A DNA stretch of 64,000 bases. Source: Chitinivibrionales bacterium (GTDB lineage Bacteria > Fibrobacterota > Chitinivibrionia > Chitinivibrionales > WJKA01). The notes under the pieces were generated by a model that made no database searches, was not told where the DNA came from, and saw only the letters and a program-made list of their open reading frames with translations. Below are positions 26,521-36,312 of this stretch, in pieces. Each line of letters opens with the position of its first letter. Within the stretch, counting starts at the first letter, position 1. The translations under genes were made by a program, and so were the position numbers. The DNA is taken from assembly GCA_038247415.1 (NCBI GenBank), contig JBBRUX010000008.1:30602-94601 (forward strand), in the 5' to 3' direction.

Positions 26521-27900
26521 CTACAAAAGCTGTTGTTGATTATTTTTAACATTGCGATATTCACACAGTGCAAAAAGCGTATCGAAAAACCCTGGATACC
26601 GTGCCTGTATCGAAGTCCCTTCGCATTTGGTTTTTCCCAGGCATTTCATGCCTCCCAATGCGCATGCTGCATTAATACCGGCTCCATAATCGGGCGCAAT
26701 ATCGTAGCCATCGTATTGACGGCTGCCTTCAAGCACAATCCCATCGGGCATTTCGCCATGATGCGTTTCGATTTCTTGAAGGCATGCAACAAGAGCCGAA
26801 AGGCGATCGGGGGTTTCGGTGCGAAAAAGAGAGCATTCACGAAAAACACTTTGCCCTTGTGAAAAGGCAGCGATAATGGTCATTGCAGGCAATTGCGATT
26901 TGAAATGTAAAAGCGGCGAACATGACGTCTTACGTCCCGTAAGAGTAAACGATTGCATTTGCACCATGCCACAGGATCCAAATGACGTTGCATGAGTTTC
27001 TTGCAATCCTGGTCTGCAGCCCATTTTTCTTACAAAGTCGAGGGTTGCCATAAGGTTCGATTCAAGCGGTGCATTGTTTATGACAAGACTTCCTCGGGGA
27101 ATGAGCGATTTAGCGCATACGAGCAGGGATAATAAAACTTCATCTCCAGGAATTGTTAGTGCTGCTGGAGCACGCGGAATTAATGGCTGCGAAAAATCTC
27201 CGTTTACAAGAAATGAGGGGCCATCGGAAATCTTTTTCTTTTTTTGCATAAGCCGAATGCGCCGCTCGAGAGGGTCGTTGATTTCTGGTTTGTTAAGACT
27301 TTTTACACTAAAGGGATAGGAGAATGCCTCAAAGAGCGAACGGATTGGTGTTACAAAGGAAAAATCGATGGTAGAAGAAATAATTTTTTGTAATCCAAAG
27401 CTTAAGGCAAGGCAATGCGGAAGTGTTTCGGGTGTACAGTCTTCTTGAGGAAATGTAAAGCCATCAGATGCATCGAGTCTGATGGTAGTAGCATTATTGG
27501 ATGAAGAAAAAGTGAGCGTACAGGCAACGAGTGCTGCAATCGATTGCAAAAAAACTTGCTTTGGAGCACTAAGCTCGCGCGTTGTGACGCGTAAATGTGC
27601 GCCAACACACATGAGAATCATTAGGTCATGATACGCATTCTCGGTATCGGTAAGGAGTATATCCTGATCCTGTGTCGTGTGCGGTCGAACAACACAGAGC
27701 GCTTCTGCAGATTCGTAGGTAGCGTTAGGTGCGGTATCGGAAAAAAATTTACTCATGACATCTGAATGTGGAATTGGTCCAATTGACCCAGTGCGACCTG
27801 ATGCAATAAGTGCCGTTGCAGAAAGCAAAAACAGGTCGGTGGAAGGAGGAAGCTCGAAGGTTCCCTGAATGTCTACTACTGCGTGCGTTTCCAAAACCAT
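26521..27900 (-). CDS. EPSP synthase (AroA)-fold protein with degenerate active site
   Basis: Collinear by eye with E. coli AroA from GTFELPPSTDLFLLSATALIASGRT to the C-terminal ARYPGFFDTLFAL. Most substrate ligands are substituted; see the finding for details. Its ATG shares one base with the tyrA stop (TAATG). Confidence 0.6.
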   Translation of the reverse strand: MVLETHAVVDIQGTFELPPSTDLFLLSATALIASGRTGSIGPIPHSDVMSKFFSDTAPNATYESAEALCVVRPHTTQDQDILLTDTENAYHDLMILMCVGAHLRVTTRELSAPKQVFLQSIAALVACTLTFSSSNNATTIRLDASDGFTFPQEDCTPETLPHCLALSFGLQKIISSTIDFSFVTPIRSLFEAFSYPFSVKSLNKPEINDPLERRIRLMQKKKKISDGPSFLVNGDFSQPLIPRAPAALTIPGDEVLLSLLVCAKSLIPRGSLVINNAPLESNLMATLDFVRKMGCRPGLQETHATSFGSCGMVQMQSFTLTGRKTSCSPLLHFKSQLPAMTIIAAFSQGQSVFRECSLFRTETPDRLSALVACLQEIETHHGEMPDGIVLEGSRQYDGYDIAPDYGAGINAACALGGMKCLGKTKCEGTSIQARYPGFFDTLFALCEYRNVKNNQQQLL

Positions 27901-29009
27901 TATTCGCGCTCCCGTGCTTTAAATCCATGTGTTTCAAGAATGCCGATAGCAGCCAGAGCAGCTTCGTGAGAGGAAAACCCGAGGCGTATCGTTCCGCCTT
28001 CACCTTCTCGAACTTTCATAATTTCGATATCGTTAATATTAATGCTTGCTTGAGCGCAGAGCGTTGTTATGGTGGCTAATACGCCAACATGATCTTTAGC
28101 AAGGCAGACAATTTCGTGAAGGGGCGCTAAAAATCCTTTGCCACCGGGCTTAATTGAGCTGCGTGTTTCTTGTGCCGCTTCAAACGGTGCTTGCAGCGTG
28201 CTTTTGATAAGACTGTTTTTAAGTTCGAGCACATCGCTGCAATAGGTATCCAAAACCTCAATGATAGGGCCTTTGTTAGATTCGAGAATGTCGTGCCACA
28301 TTGGATAGGGTGCAGCCGCAATGCGCGTCATATCACGAAATCCCCCGGCAGCAAGCGATAATGTTTTGCCATTGCGCGCATCGTATGCCTGGGCAAGATT
28401 GACTAACGCTACTGCGAGCAGATGGGGAACATGACTTATGGTAGCGGCAATAGTGTCGTGCGTGTGTGCATCTATAAAGAGTGTTCGACAGCCGAGGTGT
28501 TTTTTAAGAAATGCAGCGCATGCTTCTTCAAGTTCTGATGCTTTTGAATACGCCGACACAAGCGCATACAGGGCATTTTGAAAAAGGTACGGATCGGCAG
28601 CATTGGCTCCCGATTTTTCGGAGCCAGCCATGGGGTGCCCGCCGATAAAATGAACATGGCTCGGAAGGAATTCTTTGGCTGCATCACAAATTTCTTTTTT
28701 AGTGGAGCCTATATCGGTTATAACAAGGCCAGCAGGCAGCGTAAGCGTTCCAAGTGTGCGCAATTGCTTGATAATTGCGGAAATGGGCGAGCAAAGAATA
28801 AGTAGATCTGCGGTTGCAATTGTTTCCTGCAATGCAACGTAAGGGCGTGCTTCATCGACGCAGCCGAGCGCAAGAGCATCGCAACGATTGCGCTCAGATG
28901 AGAGGCCTATGATACGGCCTGTAAATTCGCTGGTTTTAAGAGCCATGCCTAGGGATCCACCTAAAAGGCCAACGCTGTAGAGAACGATAGTGCGCGGTTG
29001 CCACATCAT
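27900..29009 (-). CDS. tyrA: Prephenate dehydrogenase with C-terminal ACT-like domain
   Basis: Has the Rossmann loop VGLLGGSLGMAL and the GGHPMAGSEKSG block. The C-terminal ~70 aa are an ACT-like segment (VLATITTLCAQASININDIEI). Confidence 0.85.
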   Translation of the reverse strand: MMWQPRTIVLYSVGLLGGSLGMALKTSEFTGRIIGLSSERNRCDALALGCVDEARPYVALQETIATADLLILCSPISAIIKQLRTLGTLTLPAGLVITDIGSTKKEICDAAKEFLPSHVHFIGGHPMAGSEKSGANAADPYLFQNALYALVSAYSKASELEEACAAFLKKHLGCRTLFIDAHTHDTIAATISHVPHLLAVALVNLAQAYDARNGKTLSLAAGGFRDMTRIAAAPYPMWHDILESNKGPIIEVLDTYCSDVLELKNSLIKSTLQAPFEAAQETRSSIKPGGKGFLAPLHEIVCLAKDHVGVLATITTLCAQASININDIEIMKVREGEGGTIRLGFSSHEAALAAIGILETHGFKARERE

Positions 29010-29012
29010 GGT

Positions 29013-29759
29013 TTATAAACTGCCCTTTCTGCGCGCCATCAAATAACGAATTTCGCCTTTTTTAGTAAGCGGAATAATTACCGTGCGGTAAAAATCAACC
29101 AGAAGCTCAGGAGAAATCTGAATACGGAGATCGGTTCGTATTGTTGCCTGAATAGATTGTGCTTTATTGCGAATGCGAACAAGGATCGCTTCTTCGACAT
29201 CGGCGCGTGTCAGCTTGTGCCACAATGCAGATTCGTCGTTCGCTTTGATAAGCGTTTGGTATTTCGCAGGATCTTTTTGATATTTACTTTCGGCAACATA
29301 CAGCGAACCGTAATGAATGCGTCGTGCAATTGCTTGAATAGCGTACACATCATGCTCAACACTGGAGCCGTACTGTTTGTCGTCTCCAGCGCCACACAAT
29401 GATGGGAGAAATGATGTGTAATCGTGGAGTAAAATATGATTTACATTAATAGCATTCATGTCGTCAAGATGCAAGCCCGTGTCGGGAAGTATCCCTGTGC
29501 GCATGGGAGCTGGTAGTCCTAATGAAAACGGGCGTTCTTCGGGCACCATAAAACGTCCAAAGAGAGCATCCATGCGTTCCTGATGTGTCATGCGAAGCGA
29601 GAAGAGGCTCTCGCTCGTCGAGGGTACAAAACCACTTTCGCCAGAACGATAGATACACGCATTAAGCGCAAATTGCGCGCGGTCGATGAGTTTGAAAATG
29701 ATTGTTTCTTCGAGGCTTTCGAGCGTGGCTGCTATCGTGGTAAGGTCGAGTGTATGCAT
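29013..29759 (-). CDS. Chorismate mutase, eukaryotic (yeast/plant Aro7-like) type
   Basis: The 248-aa protein is collinear by eye with S. cerevisiae Aro7. Matching blocks are LEETIIFKLIDRAQFA vs MEDSIIFKFIERSHFA, AIARRIHYGSLYVAESKYQ vs SLSRRIHFGKFVAEAKFQ, and ISPELLVDFYRTVIIPLTKKGEIRYLMARR vs ITPEYLVKIYKEIVIPITKEVEVEYLLRR. Confidence 0.75.
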   Translation of the reverse strand: MHTLDLTTIAATLESLEETIIFKLIDRAQFALNACIYRSGESGFVPSTSESLFSLRMTHQERMDALFGRFMVPEERPFSLGLPAPMRTGILPDTGLHLDDMNAINVNHILLHDYTSFLPSLCGAGDDKQYGSSVEHDVYAIQAIARRIHYGSLYVAESKYQKDPAKYQTLIKANDESALWHKLTRADVEEAILVRIRNKAQSIQATIRTDLRIQISPELLVDFYRTVIIPLTKKGEIRYLMARRKGSL

Positions 29760-29773
29760 GGAAATTCTTTAAA

Positions 29774-30580
29774 TCATCGAGTCCGGGTGGCACGAGAAAA
29801 TCCTGAAACTGCATCGCCTAATTGCGCAAGCATAGTACTAACCGAACTTAAGTTTTCTTCTATTATGGATACAAGCGCGCTTCCAACTATAGCCCCGTCT
29901 GCACCGGCATGAGTTAAAGAGACTATTTGGCTAGGACGTGAAATGCCAAAACCCACGCATAAAGGATGATTGGTTACATGATGCAGTCGCGCAAGTGTTT
30001 GCTTGATAGAATCGTTGATGCCAGCGCTGGTACCGGTTGGCCCAAGTCTACTCACAACGTATACAAAGGAATCGATGGAATCGCAAATTTCCTGCATGCG
30101 AGGCGTTGGCGTAAGCTCCGAAACAATATGCACCATGCCAAGGCCATTGCTGCTCATGGCTGCTGCTAAAACCTTCGATTCTTCGGGTGGCATATCTGCA
30201 ACCAAAAGACTATCGACACCGGCTTTGGATGCACGTTTACAAAAGACATCGTAACCTATGTGGTGCACGGTGTTGCCATACAAAAGAAGCCCAATAGGAA
30301 TATCTGAGTATTTACGAATTTTTTCGATGAGCGAGAAAAAAGTTGTTGGCGTGAGACCTGCTTCAATAGCTCGTTGGGCAGCACGTTGATTAACAGGGCC
30401 ATCGGCAACTGGATCAGAAAAAGGGTAACCAATTTCCAATATGTCTGCGCCGTTATCGATATAGGCTTTCAGTATAGCTTCACTGGTTGCAATGTCGGGA
30501 TCACCAGCAACGGCAAATGGAATAAATGCCATTCTCTTTTGTTGTTTACAGAGGGCAAATGCGGTATGGTAACGGCTCAT
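29774..30580 (-). CDS. trpA: Tryptophan synthase alpha chain
   Basis: Contains [19 protein letters not shown] and GFGISRPSQ. It overlaps trpB by 4 nt. Confidence 0.95.
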   Translation of the reverse strand: MSRYHTAFALCKQQKRMAFIPFAVAGDPDIATSEAILKAYIDNGADILEIGYPFSDPVADGPVNQRAAQRAIEAGLTPTTFFSLIEKIRKYSDIPIGLLLYGNTVHHIGYDVFCKRASKAGVDSLLVADMPPEESKVLAAAMSSNGLGMVHIVSELTPTPRMQEICDSIDSFVYVVSRLGPTGTSAGINDSIKQTLARLHHVTNHPLCVGFGISRPSQIVSLTHAGADGAIVGSALVSIIEENLSSVSTMLAQLGDAVSGFSRATRTR

Positions 30581-31785
30581 AATGACATCCCCAGATAATC
30601 TGCTGCATGAAAAATATCTTTGTCACCCCTGCCCGATATGTTAACAATCATGGTGTCTGAAACAGACATGGAGGGGGCTGTTTTAATTGCATAAGCAACT
30701 GCATGAGAAGATTCGAGCGCAGGGATGATCCCTTCTTCGAGGCAGAGCATACGAAACGCTGCCATAGCTTCCTTGTCGGTTGCATAGGTATAATCGACGC
30801 GGCCTATAGAGCGCAAATAGGCATGTTCCGGGCCAACACCCGAATAATCCAGACCTGCAGAAACTGAATGGGTGTTGCCTATCTGGCCATGCTCATCTTG
30901 TAAAACGTAGGTATACATGCCATGAAAAATACCCGTACGCGCCGATTTGCTTTGTGTTAAGCGTGCAGCATGTTTTTGTCCTTTGATGCCAAGGCCGCCG
31001 GCCTCTACACCAACAAGCTTTACAGACGCATCTTTAAGGAATGCACTAAAAATACCAATTGCATTTGAGCCGCCGCCAACACAGGCAACAATCATGGTAG
31101 GAAGCTTGTTTGTTGCAGCTTTACATTGAGTTTTTGTTTCTTTGCCAATAATAGATTGAAAATCTGCAACCATCATAGGGAATGGATGCGGGCCCAATGC
31201 CGAACCAAAAACGTAGTGGGTCGTGCGAACGCTGCCAGACCAATCGCGGTACGCTTCGTTAACAGCATCTTTAAGTGTTTTGCTTCCGCTGTTGACTGCA
31301 ATAACTTTGGATCCCAAAAGGTTCATGCGAAAAACATTAGGACTCTGACGGGCCATGTCAACGGTTCCCATGTAGATATCGCATTCTAGTCCAAGGAGCG
31401 CTGCAACAGTTGCCGTGGCAACGCCGTGTTGCCCTGCACCAGTCTCTGCAATAATTCTTTTTTTGCCCATGAATTTTGCAAGGAGTCCTTGGCCTAAAGA
31501 ATTGGTGATTTTATGGGCACCGGTATGATTAAGATCTTCGCGTTTGAGATATATTTGCGCTCCACCCAAAGCCTTGGAGAGTTTTTTAGCGTGATACAGA
31601 GATGTTGGTCTGCCACAATAGTTGCGCAAAAGATCGGCATACTCTTGCATGCATTCTTTATTCTCTTTGAATTCTGCAAAAGCTTTTTCAACTTCGGCAA
31701 GGGCTGGAATAAGCACTTCTGGGGCAAATGCTCCGCCAAATTCTCCAAAGTATCCTCGTTTGTCGACACCAAATCGCAATGCCAT
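30577..31785 (-). CDS. trpB: Tryptophan synthase beta chain
   Basis: Contains the PLP-Lys region [17 protein letters not shown] and GGGSNAIG. Length is 402 aa. Confidence 0.95.
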   Translation of the reverse strand: MALRFGVDKRGYFGEFGGAFAPEVLIPALAEVEKAFAEFKENKECMQEYADLLRNYCGRPTSLYHAKKLSKALGGAQIYLKREDLNHTGAHKITNSLGQGLLAKFMGKKRIIAETGAGQHGVATATVAALLGLECDIYMGTVDMARQSPNVFRMNLLGSKVIAVNSGSKTLKDAVNEAYRDWSGSVRTTHYVFGSALGPHPFPMMVADFQSIIGKETKTQCKAATNKLPTMIVACVGGGSNAIGIFSAFLKDASVKLVGVEAGGLGIKGQKHAARLTQSKSARTGIFHGMYTYVLQDEHGQIGNTHSVSAGLDYSGVGPEHAYLRSIGRVDYTYATDKEAMAAFRMLCLEEGIIPALESSHAVAYAIKTAPSMSVSDTMIVNISGRGDKDIFHAADYLGMSL

Positions 31786-31802
31786 TGTGCAAACCCTGTT
31801 TG

Positions 31803-32753
31803 TTATCGAATGAATCGAAGCAGTCGGTTAAAGCGTATTCCTGCAATCCCCTTTTTTTGTGGACTATGCGACCAGAGTACGCAAACAACCTGCCCCGAAA
31901 TAGATGAAACTTTTGCTGGACCAGTGTAGCGGGAATCATAACCATTACACCAATCATCTGCTAACAGAAAAATATATGATTCTTTGAGGTGGTAGCGGAA
32001 CAATTTCGTTTTACCCTCGAAAAGTGAAAAAATGACAGTTACTGTTTTATCGTTATACACCGACGATAAATAAGCTTTCATCCGATCCCAAAAGAAATAA
32101 TTAAACGCCAGAGAGTCGGGTACGTCTTTAATGGGTTTTGGAAAAAGTGAAAAATCAGCGAGTGGAGGATTCATAAGCGGCGTACCATTAATGAATACTT
32201 CGGGTACGATTGTATAAGCATTGTGCGAGTTTTCGGCACGTATCATGGCTACAGAAAAGAAAAAATCACGCAGCGACAAGGTATCCAGTTCGAGGTACTC
32301 GCCTTTACGGGGAATGCAATATGCTTCCATGGTGTCTCGTGGAGAATAGCTGGGTGGCAAAGCTTGCATACCATACGGAATGTGGTGCATCGAATCGATT
32401 CGTGGGCGACGGGTTTTGAGCATCCCATTGGATATCGCAACCGTATCACCCGCAACGGCAACAATTCTCTGGCAGGTATGGCGCTTGTTGATAGCGTCTT
32501 TAATTACCACCACGGTGTTGGGATGCGGCTTGAATAAATGGGGCCACGATGGTGCAAAAGGCAACTTCCACAAAAGAACCTGATCTCCCGGGGAAATGGT
32601 AGGCTGCATTTGATCGGTTGCTATATGAATAGTATCAATGACGAAAATTTTAACAATAAAGAGAATTAAAAAAAGCAGTACGCCACGCTTTACCTGACGA
32701 TAGATCCAGATTCTCCGGTCGATTGGAGCAGTGGTAAGAGGGGTGGCTGCCAT
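31803..32753 (-). CDS. Signal peptidase I (LepB)-fold protein lacking the Ser/Lys dyad
   Basis: Has an N-terminal TM anchor. SPase-I boxes are recognisable but altered: box B reads [11 protein letters not shown] (expected SMxPT), box D reads [12 protein letters not shown] (expected KRvxGxPGD), and box E reads [14 protein letters not shown]. It lies immediately downstream of lepA, the classical lepA-lepB arrangement. Confidence 0.7.
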   Translation of the reverse strand: MAATPLTTAPIDRRIWIYRQVKRGVLLFLILFIVKIFVIDTIHIATDQMQPTISPGDQVLLWKLPFAPSWPHLFKPHPNTVVVIKDAINKRHTCQRIVAVAGDTVAISNGMLKTRRPRIDSMHHIPYGMQALPPSYSPRDTMEAYCIPRKGEYLELDTLSLRDFFFSVAMIRAENSHNAYTIVPEVFINGTPLMNPPLADFSLFPKPIKDVPDSLAFNYFFWDRMKAYLSSVYNDKTVTVIFSLFEGKTKLFRYHLKESYIFLLADDWCNGYDSRYTGPAKVSSISGQVVCVLWSHSPQKKGIAGIRFNRLLRFIR

Positions 32754-32755
32754 GA

Positions 32756-34561
32756 TTATTCCCTTTTGAGAACAGCTAAAAAGGCTTCTTGTGGAATTTC
32801 CACATTGCCAACTTGCTTCATTCGCTTTTTACCTTCTTTTTGTTTTTCGAGAAGCTTGCGTTTTCGGGAAATGTCGCCACCGTAGCATTTTGAGGTAACG
32901 TCTTTTCTAAATGCCTTGACAGTCGTTCGTGCGATAATGCGGGAGCCAATGGCTGCCTGGATTGCCACTTCGTACATTTGCCGTGGAATAAGCTCTTTTA
33001 GCTTTGAGGTGAATTCCTGACCGTAGGTATAACTTTTGTCTTTATGAATAATGGTTGAAAAGGCGTCTACCTGATCTCCATTGATCATGACGTCAAGCTT
33101 TACAAGATCGTCATTTTGATATTCTGCAAGCTCGTAGTCCATAGAGGCATACCCCCGCGACACGCTTTTAAGCTTATCAAAAAAATCGATGATAACCTCT
33201 GAGAGTGGAATGCGATAATGTAGACATACGCGGGTTGTCTGGAGGTATTCCATAGTAACTAGTTTGCCGCGTTTGTCGTCGCAGAGTTTCATGATTGAAC
33301 CGGTATAATCGGTAGGGGTAACTATTTGTACCTTGGCAATGGGTTCGCCAATTGAGGTTATCTGCTGGATGGGGGGCAAATGCGCTACGCTGTCGATAAA
33401 GATAGTGTCGCCATTGGTAAGAATAATCCGGTACTTTACGTTAGGAAATGTCGTAATGATATTGACATTGTATTCGCGAAAGAGCCTCTCCTGTACTACT
33501 TCCATATGAAGCAAACCAGAAAATCCTGCGCGAAAACCAAAACCTAATGCGGTAGAGGTTTCTGTTTCGTAGCTAATAGATCCATCGTTAAGCTGGAGTT
33601 TTTCGAGTGCGGTTTTTAAATCTTCGTAATCTTCTTTGTCTACAGGATAAATTCCTGAGAAAACCATGGGTTTAATTTCTTTGTAGCCCGGAAGAGGCGT
33701 TTGACTTCCATTACGGAGCGTGGTGATCGTATCACCGATTTTAATATCGGAGATTGTCTTGATATTTGCAACAACATAGCCTACTTCGCCAACACTCAGC
33801 TCTTCTTTGGCAATACGATTTGGTTTAAAGTGGCCAAGTTCTGTTGCTTCCCGATCGGTAAGGTTGGAGAGAAACCGAATAGGCGATCCAAGTTTGAGAC
33901 TACCCTCAAAAACACGGATGTATGCAACTGCACCACGAAAGGGGTCGTAGATAGAATTAAATACAAGCGCTTGTAAAGGATTGGCTGCACTTCCTTTAGG
34001 GGCTGGTACATCATCGATGACCCGATGGAGAATTTCTCGCACGCCTAAACCAGACTTTGCAGAACAAGAAAGGATGGTTTCGGGATCGATGCCCAAAAGA
34101 TCGGAAATTGCCCTGCGGGTAGATTCTACATCGGCCGAGGGAAGATCGATTTTGTTCATTACAGGAATGATGGTAAGGTCGAGTTCCATGGCAAGATAGA
34201 TATTCGTGAGCGTTTGTGCTTCTATTCCCTGTGTTGCGTCAACAACAAGAATTGCGCCTTCGCATGCAGCAAGCGATTTAGAAACCTCGTAGGTAAAATC
34301 GACATGGCCTGGAGTATCGATAAGATTAAGACAATAGAATATGCCGTTATCGCGTTTATATTCCATGCGGATTGGATGCGATTTGATAGTAATACCGCGT
34401 TCCCGCTCAAGATCCATATCATCGAGCACCTGCTCCTGCATCTTGTTTTTTTCGATGGTAGAAGTAATTTCCAGGAGCCGGTCGGCTAACGTCGATTTGC
34501 CATGATCAATGTGGGCAATAATACAAAAGTTACGAATATTCTCAACAGGGATCAATGCCAT
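32756..34561 (-). CDS. lepA: Elongation factor 4
   Basis: Contains IIAHIDHGKST, DTPGHVDF and NKIDL. The characteristic LepA C-terminal domain is present (...KCYGGDISRKRKLLEKQKEGKKRMK). Confidence 0.97.
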   Translation of the reverse strand: MALIPVENIRNFCIIAHIDHGKSTLADRLLEITSTIEKNKMQEQVLDDMDLERERGITIKSHPIRMEYKRDNGIFYCLNLIDTPGHVDFTYEVSKSLAACEGAILVVDATQGIEAQTLTNIYLAMELDLTIIPVMNKIDLPSADVESTRRAISDLLGIDPETILSCSAKSGLGVREILHRVIDDVPAPKGSAANPLQALVFNSIYDPFRGAVAYIRVFEGSLKLGSPIRFLSNLTDREATELGHFKPNRIAKEELSVGEVGYVVANIKTISDIKIGDTITTLRNGSQTPLPGYKEIKPMVFSGIYPVDKEDYEDLKTALEKLQLNDGSISYETETSTALGFGFRAGFSGLLHMEVVQERLFREYNVNIITTFPNVKYRIILTNGDTIFIDSVAHLPPIQQITSIGEPIAKVQIVTPTDYTGSIMKLCDDKRGKLVTMEYLQTTRVCLHYRIPLSEVIIDFFDKLKSVSRGYASMDYELAEYQNDDLVKLDVMINGDQVDAFSTIIHKDKSYTYGQEFTSKLKELIPRQMYEVAIQAAIGSRIIARTTVKAFRKDVTSKCYGGDISRKRKLLEKQKEGKKRMKQVGNVEIPQEAFLAVLKRE

Positions 34562-34720
34562 TACAGTGTCCTCAAAAAGTTAAAAAATACGAGCTCATTC
34601 CAAAGCAAGCAGATGCAAATTCTGGCGCGCAGTCTGCAAAATATGAGAATGCACGGTATATAGGATTATAATAAGTCCCTAAATATACAAAATGACGGGG
34701 TCAGCAAATTCCCCTTGTTA

Positions 34721-35296
34721 TTACAAGCGTGTTTTTTTTGGTGATTTCATTACTGCTAATGTAACAAAGGTTGTTATGCCACTGGATACACCAACCCCGA
34801 TAACGAGCCCAAGCCGACCTTGGTAGGCGATGTGTTCGATAATGTGAGTGCGATCGTAGATGAGTGCTAAAAAAAGTCCCGATGAAATGTAGGCAACAAC
34901 AATAGAAACAACCCATAAGACAAATTCAAGCGTAATGGTAAATGAACCCGTTATGAATTGCCGGAGGTGTTTTCCACCAAAAAGTGAGAGCGCAATGCAT
35001 CCGCCAAAAATAAGGTCTCGCACGATGGTCGTTGCTATACCGCGCGAAAGTGAATTGGTAGCAAACGGGATAAGAAGCATAATAGTTAATGATGTATACA
35101 GGTAAATTCGCGAGGGATAGATTTTGGCACACGCAATAAGCACAGAGAGGAAAAAGCCCAAAAGAATAAATTGAAATCCTTGGTTTTTATAGTTGAGCAT
35201 CGATTGCCCTGCTACCATAAATCCGATAAGAACAGATCCAAATGTGCCAGAAAGTACCATGATAAGGGGATCGTATTTTTGAGCAGTTGAATCCAT
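34721..35296 (-). CDS. Polytopic membrane protein, unknown family
   Basis: A 191-aa ORF with about 5-6 hydrophobic helices. No motif was recognised. Confidence 0.5.
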   Translation of the reverse strand: MDSTAQKYDPLIMVLSGTFGSVLIGFMVAGQSMLNYKNQGFQFILLGFFLSVLIACAKIYPSRIYLYTSLTIMLLIPFATNSLSRGIATTIVRDLIFGGCIALSLFGGKHLRQFITGSFTITLEFVLWVVSIVVAYISSGLFLALIYDRTHIIEHIAYQGRLGLVIGVGVSSGITTFVTLAVMKSPKKTRL

Positions 35297-35319
35297 GAAA
35301 TCTCCAGTATGTGAAACGG

Positions 35320-36216
35320 TTAAGGTGCAGAATCTTTGACACGAGGTGAAACAAAAATATGCTTTTCTCGTTGTATAAATTCTTTGAGGCTCGTTGGTTT
35401 TTTGCCGGTGAGGTCTTCGTAGAAGCGAGAAATTGCAGGAGCTTTCTGGAATCGTGGCAAGAAATGCAACAAGATCATGACAATAATCAAACCGATGGCA
35501 ACGCCTTCTTTCTTTTTAAGGAAAAAATACGAGATCGGATTAGTATTACGATAAGTAAATGTCTCTCCCACGATGGTGGTTAAGAGCGCTGCAACTTTGG
35601 CAAACGGTTCGTTTTCGTAACCAGTAATTTCGATTGCCCGATTTTTATACTTCTCAAAATTGCACAGCAGCACAGCACTTGTTTCGCCAATATTGGAAAT
35701 GTCTACCCAGTTAAATACCGCTCTCCCTGCAGGAAGACAAATGCGGCGATGTGCTATAATATCAGGCAAAAGTGTGGTGGTTAGATTTTGCATAAAATAG
35801 CTCGGTCGTAAAAAAATATACTTAAAATCATGTTCTCTAATAAGGTGCTCGATTTTATTATGGGGAATAACGCGGCTTGTTTCTACGCCTTGAACCGACA
35901 AAAAGAGAATGTTAGAAATGCCGGCTGTTTTAGTCGCTTGTATAAGGGGTTTAAAAAACAAGTCTACATTAGAAATATGCGGTGGACGCAAGAGAAAAAC
36001 GGTGTCTATGCCAGTAAGTGCTTGGGCAAAGGTGTTTGAATTTTCAAAATCGAAGAGTACATACTGGAGTGTTGGGAAGTGGGCAAAATTTTTTTGCGCC
36101 CGAGAAATATCGCGCACCCCGGCAACAATACTGTTTTGGGACGAAGAGCTCAACAGAGAGCGAATTACTTCTTGGCCAATATTGCCGGTAGCACCGGTGA
36201 TGAGGATTTTTGCCAT
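35320..36216 (-). CDS. NAD(P)H-binding NmrA-like/atypical SDR protein
   Basis: The start is taken at the ATG at 36216 (MAKILITGATGNIGQEV), which places the Rossmann GxxGxxG loop at the N-terminus. The track start at 36288 would add 24 unmatched residues. Confidence 0.75.
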   Translation of the reverse strand: MAKILITGATGNIGQEVIRSLLSSSSQNSIVAGVRDISRAQKNFAHFPTLQYVLFDFENSNTFAQALTGIDTVFLLRPPHISNVDLFFKPLIQATKTAGISNILFLSVQGVETSRVIPHNKIEHLIREHDFKYIFLRPSYFMQNLTTTLLPDIIAHRRICLPAGRAVFNWVDISNIGETSAVLLCNFEKYKNRAIEITGYENEPFAKVAALLTTIVGETFTYRNTNPISYFFLKKKEGVAIGLIIVMILLHFLPRFQKAPAISRFYEDLTGKKPTSLKEFIQREKHIFVSPRVKDSAP

Positions 36217-36312
36217 GGTTTGTTGTCTCCTAGTTTTTAAAAATGAGAGTCTGCTTGTAAATATACCATAGAGCGATTCATTGGCCAAGCACTATGTGAG
36301 AATTAAAAGGGG

